A DNA stretch of 43,878 nucleotides from a virus. Lineage: Duplodnaviria; Caudoviricetes. This document shows, one piece after another, positions 1 to 8,385 of the stretch (its first letter is position 1; the number at the start of each line of letters is the position of its first letter). Under the pieces are notes generated by a model that saw only the letters and a program-made list of their open reading frames with translations, was not told the origin of the DNA and did not search any database. Both the position numbers and the translations under genes were made by a program. The stretch lies in IMG/VR virus record IMGVR_UViG_3300048575_000062, positions 1 to 43,878 of that record. One strand, given 5' to 3'.

Positions 1-129
1 CGTGGGCTTATTCGGTGAGTGTCCTTATTCTGTGGACTTTGTTATTTGTTTTTTGGTACGTAACTGGTTTACCCTTAGGATTATAGCCGTGTTAACGCAG
101 AAAGAGATTAAAAAAAGTGCAGAAAAGGT

Positions 130-159
130 TTTGAGATTCCACAAAAAGCACTACCTTTG
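130..159 (+). promoter_or_regulatory. Bacteroidetes sigma-A promoter of tRNA-Arg
   Basis: TTTG at 130-133 and TACCTTTG (TAnnTTTG) at 152-159, 17 nt before the tRNA. Confidence 0.75.
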
Positions 160-176
160 CAACCGCAATTAAGGAT

Positions 177-250
<74 letters not shown>

Positions 251-256
251 CTAGTA

Positions 257-295
257 AAAACCGCAAATGGCTGATTATCAGGCTTTTGCGGTTTT
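257..295. terminator. Hairpin/terminator after tRNA, in att-proximal region
   Basis: AAAACCGCAAA...TTTGCGGTTTT enclosing CTGATTATCAG. Confidence 0.7.
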
Positions 296-360
296 CTTGT
301 TCTAAAAATTGTCCCCGTTTTGTCCACTTACTTATTTTCACGGGAAATTCAGAGCACTTT

Positions 361-804
361 CTATAACCATCTTGCAACTCCACCATGATGTGAGCATGTT
401 CCTCGTCTGCTTCTACTAAAACTGTACGTTCCATCTCGGCAAAGGGCTGTTGCACCGGATGGGGGTGAGTTATAATGAGTAGGGGATTGCACTCTTTCAC
501 CACTTGAGTTTGTATAATACTTTATCGGTGAGCTATAGGGGACTTTTATAGAGGTTTTCTCTTTGCTGAGGTATTTGGTAGAGACGTACCCTATTTGTCC
601 GTTGTAAGTGACAGGAATCCACTTGCAGTCGCAATCTTCGTCTATAGTAACAGATGTGCCTTGAGGAATAACCAATATAACTTCTGATGAAGTATTGGCT
701 TGGGAGCGCATATTCAGGTTGCACGTTATGTACCTGATATTGTCTTGAGCATTGAGGCTAAAGACAAATACTAACTGAAATAATAGTAATATGGCTTTTT
801 TCAT
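361..804 (-). CDS. Secreted SH3b-domain + DUF3761-like protein
   Basis: Signal peptide MKKAILLL; LNMRSQANTSS..W..V.YNGQIGYVS (SH3b); ATALCRDGTYSFS...GTCSHHGGV (DUF3761). Start moved to ATG 804. Confidence 0.85.
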   Translation of the reverse strand: MKKAILLLFQLVFVFSLNAQDNIRYITCNLNMRSQANTSSEVILVIPQGTSVTIDEDCDCKWIPVTYNGQIGYVSTKYLSKEKTSIKVPYSSPIKYYTNSSGERVQSPTHYNSPPSGATALCRDGTYSFSRSRRGTCSHHGGVARWL

Positions 805-820
805 TTGAGTAGATTTTAAA

Positions 821-860
821 GAAGCCAATCGTTATAATAGTTGTTGTAACGGTTGGCTTC
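821..860. terminator. Stable hairpin between cargo genes
   Basis: GAAGCCAATCGTTA / TAACGGTTGGCTTC inverted repeat. Confidence 0.55.
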
Positions 861-869
861 GTTGGTTAC

Positions 870-1073
870 TTACTTAGTGTGGCAATCATTACAGCAATAA
901 TAGCATCCGTCAACATTGTCATAGTACTTTCTAGCTTCTTTAACTGCTTCTTTGCAATTGGAAAAGTCTCCTAAGTAAATCCGGTTATCTGCATCAGGCA
1001 AATAACTACAACTACTTGTGTGTACTTCATGCTCGCGTTTTGATTGGGCATTTTTATTCACATAGTACTTCAT
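870..1073 (-). CDS. Small Cys/His-rich, putative metal-binding protein
   Basis: HEVH...C and C-terminal CYYCCNDCH; start at MKYYV. Confidence 0.75.
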   Translation of the reverse strand: MKYYVNKNAQSKREHEVHTSSCSYLPDADNRIYLGDFSNCKEAVKEARKYYDNVDGCYYCCNDCHTK

Positions 1074-1286
1074 GATAAAAAAGTTTTTGGTTAACAATTT
1101 CAATTCTTTTTTTCCTATAGAGGGATACTCTTAGGCTTGTTCGTGGAATTGTGTGAACGAGCAATTTAATTATATAGTTATTTCAGAATATAACTCTACA
1201 TTGATGATACTTTGAATAAGGTATTTATTTTTTTTATACACAGAATATAAGGAGTATAATAGAAAAGTAGTTTATTGTAATGTCTA

Positions 1287-1673
1287 TTATTCTTTTATTT
1301 TCTTATAAATACCGTTTTCTGTTTCATTATCTATTTTCAACTTATCTCCCGAAATTGCACAATTCCAAGATTTAGATGTTCCTATCAATCCTTTGGTTTC
1401 AGAATATATAATCTTTATATTAATTTTCTCGTCAGAAATGGAGTATGAAAATGTGTAATTTTGACCCATTGTGGCTCCATTGAATAATGCGTAAAATCCT
1501 GTGCCATCCGATTCAAATTCCAGATATTTATGTATGTCATTTATTCCGGTCGACCACTCTCCTATAATTGCGGATTGAGTTACTGGAATAGATGGAGTGT
1601 CATCGCTATCCGATGAACATGCTGTAAACAGCATCATTGGCAGTATTGCCATTAAAAATAAAGTCTTCTTCAT
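1287..1673 (-). CDS. Lipoprotein, lipocalin-like
   Basis: Lipobox FTAC followed by acidic SSDSDD export signal; IIGEW motif. Confidence 0.8.
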   Translation of the reverse strand: MKKTLFLMAILPMMLFTACSSDSDDTPSIPVTQSAIIGEWSTGINDIHKYLEFESDGTGFYALFNGATMGQNYTFSYSISDEKINIKIIYSETKGLIGTSKSWNCAISGDKLKIDNETENGIYKKIKE

Positions 1674-1698
1674 TATTTTAAATATTTAGTTTGTCTTT

Positions 1699-3078
1699 TT
1701 AATTTGCGTTTATGCTCTCTAAAATTCTTATAGATTCTCTATATTGCTCTGCTTGCGGAGTTCTTTCAAATTCAACAGTCTTGTCGTAATTGTTTTTAAT
1801 CACTTGTTCTATTTCATCTAACGAAACTTTAAAGAATTCCCTTCGATTATTAATCATATTGACCTTTTTGTTTTCAAAAGCTCTATGCAAGGCAGCTTCC
1901 AATCTAGGAGCATCGTCTGAGAAAATTATAGCATGAACATCGAATTTGAAAGGTACAGAAGCGTCTCCTAATTCATCCACTCTTTCCATCGGGTCAAGTC
2001 TTCGAGTCATACCTATTTTATATATATTTTCTCCAAATGAACCGATGTTAGATATGATATACACATATCCAGCTTTTTTATTTGCTTCACGGTAATCAAT
2101 ATCTTTAATTGCAACATCAAGTTCAGAGAGATGAGATTCAACCTCCTGTTTCTTAATTAGAAGAATCTCTTTTTCGATTTCATCACACGATTCGAGTTGC
2201 TTATTTAATTTTAATAGGGCATTGCTGTAATGTTTCTGTTCTTTTTCAATATCTCTTCTGGCTTCTTCTATTTCTTTTTGAAGTTTTGCTTCTTCACGCA
2301 TTTGTTCTCGTATACGTTTCTGCTCTTCTTTCTCTTCTTGCTTTTTTACTGCGTATTCATAAGCTAATTGGAGTTCATCTATTTTTAAAGACAAATATTC
2401 ATACGAGATAGAAATGGCATTTTTAGAGTTCATTTTGTTCAATGCATCGTAGGATTTTCTTATTTTCTCAATGAACGCCGCTATATTATTGAACTTGACT
2501 TTGCTTATTAGCATATCGCACTCATCGTTAAAACACCTGAGTATTTGTTTTATGTTTTGATTTGTCATGACTCTGCCTTGAGCTTCACTTCCGTTTATAG
2601 TCCAAGTTTCAGAACATGTTGCCGCTGTTTTGTACAAGATCATATTCTTCTGTTCTGTTCTAACCGCATCTAGTCTGTCTTTGTACATTTCAGAGTTGGC
2701 AAAATCGTAAATCGGTGAATACATACCAAATTCTTGGAGAAGTATTCTTTCATCGAGTTCTATTATCTCTTCTTTTTTACTTTGTATTTCTTGGCATAGC
2801 TTGTCTAGTCCTGATTTTAATTGAGTTATTTCCGACTGGCTCTTCTCTATCGCCTTTTGAGCTTGTTCTTCTTCAGTTCTTATTCTTAATAATATTTCAT
2901 CTTTCTTATTGTCTAAATCAGCTATCTCTTTGAACTTGGAAAGGGAGTCGCATTCCTTTTTTAATTCCTCAATCTTTTGGTTGAGATCTCGTTCCTTATT
3001 TGATGAAATTTCTAAGTCTTTTTTCAAGCAAGTTATTTCAGCAATTTCCTTTTGTTTTAAAAAATCAAAAAAAGCCAT
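1699..3078 (-). CDS. DUF4041 coiled-coil + T5orf172/MUG113 (GIY-YIG-like) protein
   Basis: Long coiled coil; GYVYIISNIGSFGENIYKIGMTRR...ASVPFKFDVH...LEAALH...REFF. Confidence 0.88.
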   Translation of the reverse strand: MAFFDFLKQKEIAEITCLKKDLEISSNKERDLNQKIEELKKECDSLSKFKEIADLDNKKDEILLRIRTEEEQAQKAIEKSQSEITQLKSGLDKLCQEIQSKKEEIIELDERILLQEFGMYSPIYDFANSEMYKDRLDAVRTEQKNMILYKTAATCSETWTINGSEAQGRVMTNQNIKQILRCFNDECDMLISKVKFNNIAAFIEKIRKSYDALNKMNSKNAISISYEYLSLKIDELQLAYEYAVKKQEEKEEQKRIREQMREEAKLQKEIEEARRDIEKEQKHYSNALLKLNKQLESCDEIEKEILLIKKQEVESHLSELDVAIKDIDYREANKKAGYVYIISNIGSFGENIYKIGMTRRLDPMERVDELGDASVPFKFDVHAIIFSDDAPRLEAALHRAFENKKVNMINNRREFFKVSLDEIEQVIKNNYDKTVEFERTPQAEQYRESIRILESINAN

Positions 3079-3094
3079 ATCTTTAAATTTAATA

Positions 3095-3787
3095 TTACAT
3101 TTGCGTTCTTGCTAACTTTCCAACAACCTTATATAAATGGAGTATTTGATTGCCATCAATCTCCATATCAGGATATTTTCGACGTCCATCAGGGTTACAT
3201 ATCGGATTGTATGAAACCAGCTTTAAACCTGTTTTTTCAATATAGATTAATTTAAGTAATCTATCTTCATTAGTGATCACAACATAGGGCTGTCCGTTAT
3301 CTATAAGGTCTTTATCTTGAATTTCACGAACAAATATTGTGTCTCCTGGCATATATTTATCATACATTGAATCTCCATATACGGTTATTCCATAGCATCC
3401 TGTGAAATCTGGAATATTCACATATCCTACAACTTTATTTTCGTCTCCATCAAAACCTATTCCATGCCCTGCGCAAACACGAATATCTAATATTTTTATA
3501 TCGCTGCTTGTTGTTGGTTTCTCCATTATTATGGAAGTAATTTCACTTTTCTTTAATGGTTCACCTTTGCCAGTTAGAATGTAATCAGAATTTATTTTAT
3601 CGCAGTTGGTACACACAGCGGATAATATATCTGAGGGAAGAGACTTATCTTTCCCCGTATTAGTTTTTCCTCCTTTCATTTGCGAAATTTTAGACTGAGC
3701 AGATTTTACTCCAAATTTTGTTTCTATTTCATAAGGAGTTATTCCAACTCTTTCAATTGCTTCAAAAAATCTTTCAATCATTCCCAT
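3095..3787 (-). CDS. CI-like repressor (HTH + S24 peptidase)
   Basis: CAG cleavage motif (VCAGHG), GDSM catalytic Ser, LLK; N-terminal helical domain; start taken at MGMIE. Confidence 0.9.
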   Translation of the reverse strand: MGMIERFFEAIERVGITPYEIETKFGVKSAQSKISQMKGGKTNTGKDKSLPSDILSAVCTNCDKINSDYILTGKGEPLKKSEITSIIMEKPTTSSDIKILDIRVCAGHGIGFDGDENKVVGYVNIPDFTGCYGITVYGDSMYDKYMPGDTIFVREIQDKDLIDNGQPYVVITNEDRLLKLIYIEKTGLKLVSYNPICNPDGRRKYPDMEIDGNQILHLYKVVGKLARTQM

Positions 3788-3811
3788 AAATTTAGATTTT
3801 AAAATTTTATG

Positions 3812-3827
3812 CTTTAGAAATATAAAG
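3812..3827 (+). promoter_or_regulatory. Operator copy 1 (CTTTAGAAATATAAAG)
   Basis: Identical to copies at 4732-4747 (reverse) and 4761-4776. Confidence 0.7.
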
Positions 3828-4051
3828 TTTGTTTGCCTCGAAATCAAGTTGCGGATGATACCGATTAATAAATTAAACTGTTTCTGTAGAGGATTGTATT
3901 GGAGACTTCACTTCAAACCGCAACTTTGGAGTTGGTCACTTCATTTTATTACTATCTATAAAGAGCTTATGAAATTTATACCTTTCAATATAAAAGACGA
4001 TTATTATTGTTGGAATTATTAATTCAATCAGGTACTTCTAAATAAAACATG

Positions 4052-4684
4052 TTAAGATTGTGATTTCAATAATTCTAAAAGTATATTTTGTATTCCATCG
4101 TACTTTTGATTCTTTTCATCTTTACTATAGCTCATAAACTCGTGTAAAAAATCCTCTATTTCACCAGTTTTAAGTACTCCTTTCATTTTTTTTGTGAAAT
4201 TATTAACGAATTCCTCATCGTTGCTCTTTATTATAGACATTATGCTTTGCAATATATATTCTCTTGCTATTGCTTTGGCAAGGGTATTATTGTTAGTATT
4301 TTCATGAAACACATTAAACATGAATTTAAGAGTCTGTATTAAATCTCTATTTTCCAGCGCTATAAGAACCGGAACTGTTTTCATTATCTCTAATTTAACA
4401 TTGAATTCTACTTCCCCTTTTACACTTTCAATTTTTTTCTCAAACTCTGCTCTAAACTCATTTAGTCGTTGACTTGTCTCTTTTATATCTATTAAAGTAT
4501 ATATATTCCAACCAATTAGAACGGTTACTAATAAAGCTATAATTCCAACGAGTACGCCAATATAGTCAAATTGCAATTCAGGAGTTCTGTATGCAGCAAA
4601 ACATATAGCAATAATGCTTATTATTATCGCAATGCCGCTTAATCCAATCGCTATCCAATTTTTATGCTCGCCTTTTTTCTTCAT
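4052..4684 (-). CDS. Two-TM membrane protein inserted in immunity region
   Basis: Two N-terminal hydrophobic segments then helical domain; low GC. Confidence 0.75.
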   Translation of the reverse strand: MKKKGEHKNWIAIGLSGIAIIISIIAICFAAYRTPELQFDYIGVLVGIIALLVTVLIGWNIYTLIDIKETSQRLNEFRAEFEKKIESVKGEVEFNVKLEIMKTVPVLIALENRDLIQTLKFMFNVFHENTNNNTLAKAIAREYILQSIMSIIKSNDEEFVNNFTKKMKGVLKTGEIEDFLHEFMSYSKDEKNQKYDGIQNILLELLKSQS

Positions 4685-4731
4685 TTAATAATAAGGTATA
4701 AACCGCTGTAAGAGTTAAATAATGTTTATTG

Positions 4732-4784
4732 CTTTATATTTCTAAAGCAAATATTGAATACTTTAGAAATATAAAGTATATTTG
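4732..4784. promoter_or_regulatory. Operator copies 2 and 3 plus rightward lytic promoter
   Basis: Perfect 16-bp inverted pair 4732-4747/4761-4776 abutting TATATTTG at 4777-4784. Confidence 0.75.
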
Positions 4785-4868
4785 CATCATCAATCAATTA
4801 TGTAATGCAACAAAGGTAAGTAATGCTTATCTGAATTGCAATAGTATAAATCTATTATTTACACGATT

Positions 4869-5204
4869 ATGAGCACGAATTTTAAAAATCAAATGAAAGA
4901 GGTTATGAATCTCGCTTGGCAAATGGTGAAAAGAAACGGTTTTTCAATGAGTGAAGCTTTGAAAACAGCTTGGGTGAATGTGAAATTGAAAGCTCAAATG
5001 AAAAGGAAAATTGTGAGATTCTATTTTCAGAAAGTAGACGGTAGCATAAGAGAAGCTTATGGCACACTTAGCGAAAATATAATGCCTGCTACAAAAGGTG
5101 AGGATATGAGAAAGAAGAATGATACAGTTCAAACCTACTACGATACAGAACGCTGCGAATTTAGATGCTACAAGAAAGCTAACCTTTTAAAAATTGACTT
5201 ATGA
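4869..5204 (+). CDS. DUF2693/WYL_2-like SH3 beta-barrel protein
   Basis: VRFYFQKVDGSIREAYGTL...YYDTERCEFRCYK. Confidence 0.8.
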   Translation: MSTNFKNQMKEVMNLAWQMVKRNGFSMSEALKTAWVNVKLKAQMKRKIVRFYFQKVDGSIREAYGTLSENIMPATKGEDMRKKNDTVQTYYDTERCEFRCYKKANLLKIDL

Positions 5205-5443
5205 CACACTATGAATTAGAACAGGGACTAAATGCCCTTTACAGAGATTTGGAAAATGTCAATAACATGGACGAAGAAACTGCATGTAAAGTCTACAATG
5301 TCGATTATAAGGCTGAAATATTAGAGGTGATAAAAGAGGAAATTGAAACCTATGAAGCGATTCTTCAACCAAATGATACGGATGATGATGGTATGGATTA
5401 CGAGGCTCTTTGTGAAGTTCAGGGGCTAAGTAGATATGCATAA
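5201..5443 (+). CDS. Acidic hypothetical phage protein
   Basis: ATGA overlap with upstream gene. Confidence 0.7.
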   Translation: MTHYELEQGLNALYRDLENVNNMDEETACKVYNVDYKAEILEVIKEEIETYEAILQPNDTDDDGMDYEALCEVQGLSRYA

Positions 5444-5449
5444 CTATAC

Positions 5450-5499
5450 ACCCCGTTGACGGATTGAACGCTAACTGTGAGCGAGACACAGGCGGGGTA
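5450..5499 (+). ncRNA. tRNA-like minihelix (acceptor stem + T-arm mimic)
   Basis: 7-bp ACCCCGT/GCGGGGT stacked on 5-bp CTGTG/CACAG with 7-nt loop AGCGAGA. Confidence 0.5.
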
Positions 5500-5507
5500 C
5501 TTTGATT

Positions 5508-5524
5508 AGTTCTTTGACGTAATG
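5508..5524 (+). promoter_or_regulatory. boxA-like antitermination element
   Basis: AGTTCTTTGACGTAATG resembles rrn/lambda boxA (GCTCTTTAACA). Confidence 0.5.
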
Positions 5525-5701
5525 ATAAAGCTTGTTCGGTGTAATTCATAAGCCGTGAACGAGTGAACAAAAGATAACGCACACAAGCAAGTTGGGGCTT
5601 GCAAAATGTGCAATGTATAACAATTAATAGATGTGTAACCATAGTCTCTGAGGTGTAAGTAATGACGGATTAGGCGACCGACACGCACATCGACCTATAT
5701 A

Positions 5702-5753
5702 GCCCGTGCCGAGCTTGTGATAAGAGTTCTGCTCTTCGATGAGAGCACGGGTA
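5702..5753 (+). ncRNA. Second tRNA-like structured element
   Basis: 7-bp GCCCGTG/CACGGGT closing stem; 3' hairpin with TTCGAT loop. Confidence 0.4.
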
Positions 5754-5774
5754 CGAATTTTAATATCTACAATT

Positions 5775-5942
5775 ATGATTAAAAGAATAATTAATTATTT
5801 CAGAAAGCGCAATGATATGAGGTTGCGCAAATGGTGTGCAGAGTTGGCGACACATACAGATTGTATCAGTTCAGACAGTATGTATTATGCCGCCAATAAG
5901 ATTTACGAATGGGTTAAAGGGCTTCCAGAATCAAATCCTTAA
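5775..5942 (+). CDS. Hypothetical phage protein
   Basis: ATG with AT-rich leader at 5775; overlaps 3' end of antisense gene. Confidence 0.55.
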   Translation: MIKRIINYFRKRNDMRLRKWCAELATHTDCISSDSMYYAANKIYEWVKGLPESNP

Positions 5943-6105
5943 TCTCTTCATAGGTTTGAGAAACTAAAAGATAATGTGATTGCTTTTCGCCTTGTGGTAA
6001 AAGTACAATTATTGTTTTCTCTTTTCCTCGGTAAATGTAGCTAATGGCATTGACATTCAGTAAATATTTCTTTGTACTGGAAGTCACTTCAATAAAATTT
6101 TTCAT
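5914..6105 (-). CDS. Small antisense-oriented protein (LytTR/FlbD-like beta fold possible)
   Basis: LLNVNAISYI...V.QTYEEI pattern; own promoter TAACTTTG at 6139-6132. Confidence 0.7.
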   Translation of the reverse strand: MKNFIEVTSSTKKYLLNVNAISYIYRGKEKTIIVLLPQGEKQSHYLLVSQTYEEIKDLILEAL

Positions 6106-6211
6106 ATTTCTTGATTTTTAGTTTGACATCTCAAAGTTAAGAAAAACCCCTGACAAAGACGTGATGTTGTCAATCGAATTGGCTCAGGGGCACAAACAAA
6201 TACATATTATT

Positions 6212-6400
6212 ATGAAGGTAACGTCACTATTATCTATTTGGTGTATATCATTCGCTGCAATGGCTATCACCTGTATGAGTTTCAGTGTAGTCTTTTGGTT
6301 ATCCTTTCTTGTCTTTATACTTACGTCCTTATATATAGGGAAAAATTCTGAGCGACTTGAAAGAGAATTAGAAGATGAATATGATCCTACAAAAAGGTAG
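6212..6400 (+). CDS. Small two-TM membrane protein
   Basis: Hydrophobic N-terminus, charged tail; ATG 6212. Confidence 0.6.
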   Translation: MKVTSLLSIWCISFAAMAITCMSFSVVFWLSFLVFILTSLYIGKNSERLERELEDEYDPTKR

Positions 6401-6475
6401 TCCTATAATCCGACACAAGGCACCTGCAATGTTCAGCGCTGATAGTAAGGAAAACCAGTCGGGTAGGTTCATTTT

Positions 6476-6511
6476 AAATGAGGGCATCTATTTAAGTACC
6501 CTCATTTTTTT
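6476..6511 (+). terminator. Intrinsic terminator in early operon
   Basis: AAATGAGGG...CCCTCAT followed by T-run. Confidence 0.7.
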
Positions 6512-6538
6512 GACTGATAAATTATAAACTAAAGATAT

Positions 6539-6781
6539 ATGATAAAAGAAGTAGAAATCAATGAAAGCTTTCAGCCTACTAGGGTTTTTGATGGGCTGGA
6601 AGTTGGGGATATGATTAAGATCCCGTACGATGAAGGGAGGCATGCCTCTTTAAGATCTATTGCATCTCGAAAGAACAGGGATGAAAGGTTGATGAAAAAT
6701 TTAAAGGGCAAGATGGATAGAATGTATTGTGTGTCGAAGGAAGAATTTCCAGGCTATACCACGATAATGAAAATAAAATAA
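6539..6781 (+). CDS. Hypothetical basic protein, possibly DNA-binding
   Basis: Clean ORF with Bacteroidetes-type leader. Confidence 0.7.
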   Translation: MIKEVEINESFQPTRVFDGLEVGDMIKIPYDEGRHASLRSIASRKNRDERLMKNLKGKMDRMYCVSKEEFPGYTTIMKIK

Positions 6782-6798
6782 CCCTTGATTATACGATT

Positions 6799-7164
6799 AT
6801 GGAACGGATATTAACTGAATTGACCCCTGAATGCGAAATTACTGCACGACTTTACGCACAGGGATATGAGAAAAAAGAGATTGCAAATCTGAAATGCAGG
6901 GCTGTAAGTACTGTAAATAATCAATTGCAAAAAGTCTTTGAAACTCTAAGGATTAGAAACGGCAGAGAATTGGCAACTATGATTTATGAACGAATAACAG
7001 GCGTGAAGATGATGGATCTCTCTCCTGCAATGCGTACAGTTGTAGCCTGCTGTTTATTATGTGTGTTTTCTCTCACATTTTTGCACCAGCAAGATTTAAG
7101 AAGAGGAAGAAGAAGTAATAATAGAACAGAGACAAGGTATGACTATAGAAGAAATATTGAATAG
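6799..7164 (+). CDS. LuxR-type HTH regulator with C-terminal hydrophobic segment
   Basis: LTPECEITARLYAQGYEKKEIA...STVNNQLQKVFETL. Confidence 0.8.
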   Translation: MERILTELTPECEITARLYAQGYEKKEIANLKCRAVSTVNNQLQKVFETLRIRNGRELATMIYERITGVKMMDLSPAMRTVVACCLLCVFSLTFLHQQDLRRGRRSNNRTETRYDYRRNIE

Positions 7165-7432
7165 TGGTGCGAACATCACTTTAACAATCAAGTCAACTGA
7201 TTTGAAAGAATTTGCCGACTGTCTGGTAAAGAGGACTGCCGGAACAATAAAAGAATCCTTTATCAAGCAGGATGAGGATTATCTTACAGTGCATGAGGCA
7301 AGCAAGCTTCTTCATGTTGATAAGTCTACATTGTGGAGGTGGGCTAAAAATGGTTATCTATCTCCAGTCGAAATAGGAGGAAGGAGATTATACCGAAAAA
7401 GCGATGTAGATATGCTATTGAATAAAGAATAA
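7139..7432 (+). CDS. HTH_17 excisionase-like protein
   Basis: YLTVHEASKLLHVDKSTLWRW...IGGRRLYRKSDV. Confidence 0.85.
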   Translation: MTIEEILNSGANITLTIKSTDLKEFADCLVKRTAGTIKESFIKQDEDYLTVHEASKLLHVDKSTLWRWAKNGYLSPVEIGGRRLYRKSDVDMLLNKE

Positions 7433-7449
7433 CAATAAATTATACGATT

Positions 7450-8385
7450 ATGAGTTTAATTAGAAAAGCAAATGAATTAGAAATCCCAACCACTGTAAAG
7501 ATGATGATCTACGGACAAGCTGGTATGGGTAAATCAACATTGGCATTAAGTGCGCCAAAACCTTTGTTATTGGACTTTGATAATGGCGTGAAGCGTGTTA
7601 ATATGTCTCATCTGGACAACATTGATACTGTTCAGGTTAAGTCATGGAGCGACTTGCAGCAAGTTTTACAGGAAAATTTATCGGGGTATCAGACGATTAT
7701 TGTCGATACTGTAGGCAAGATGATGGATTTTATCATTGGTTATAAATGTGGGACGCGTCAGCCAAGTATAAGAGATTGGGGAGGTATTAATGCTGAGTTT
7801 TCGTGGTTAACAAGAACCTTATCTTCTTTAAATAAGAATGTGGTATTTGTTGCTCACAGAGATACCCGAAAAGAAGGTGATGATACAGTGTTTATTCCAG
7901 CCTTGCGTGAAAAGTCTTATAATTCTATTGTTACAGAACTTGATCTTTTGGGGTATTTGGAGATGAAGAATGAGAATGGAGTGCAAAGAAGAACAATTAC
8001 TTTTGATCCTACAAGTCGGAATGATGGGAAAAATACCTGTAATCTGCCCGGTTTAATGGTAGTGCCTATGATTTTGGATAATCACGGCAAACCAACTGCT
8101 AAGAATGACTTCATATCTTCAAAGGTTATTACACCATATCTCACTATGTTAGCTGATAAGAAAGCCGAACAGCAAAAGTATGATAATGTCATAGCCGAGA
8201 TCAAAGAAAATATAGAGTTGATAACCGATGCCAACTCTGCTAATGAATTTGCTTCACGAATAAATGAATTTGAGCATGTAGGCAGCTCGCTGGTGATGGC
8301 TCGTAACCTTTTTATGCAAAAGGTTAAGGGCTTAGGGCTTGTCTACAACAGTGAATCTAAAACCTACAGTGATGCGGCAGCTTAA
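7450..8385 (+). CDS. AAA_24 ATPase (Sak4-like recombinase)
   Basis: Walker A GQAGMGKST; IIVDT; VFVAH. Confidence 0.85.
   Translation: MSLIRKANELEIPTTVKMMIYGQAGMGKSTLALSAPKPLLLDFDNGVKRVNMSHLDNIDTVQVKSWSDLQQVLQENLSGYQTIIVDTVGKMMDFIIGYKCGTRQPSIRDWGGINAEFSWLTRTLSSLNKNVVFVAHRDTRKEGDDTVFIPALREKSYNSIVTELDLLGYLEMKNENGVQRRTITFDPTSRNDGKNTCNLPGLMVVPMILDNHGKPTAKNDFISSKVITPYLTMLADKKAEQQKYDNVIAEIKENIELITDANSANEFASRINEFEHVGSSLVMARNLFMQKVKGLGLVYNSESKTYSDAAA

Noticed and set aside
5259-5688. Minus-strand ORFs 5259-5642 and 5506-5688
   Set aside because: No protein-like features; they overlap a real gene and the structured leader.
6402-6470. Hammerhead-like CTGATAG...GAAA within a stem
   Set aside because: Core is not CUGANGA and the flanking stems do not form properly.
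7791-7799. Second TGCTGAGTT match to the tRNA anticodon arm
   Set aside because: Inside the ATPase coding sequence, shorter pairing, no leader; probably chance.
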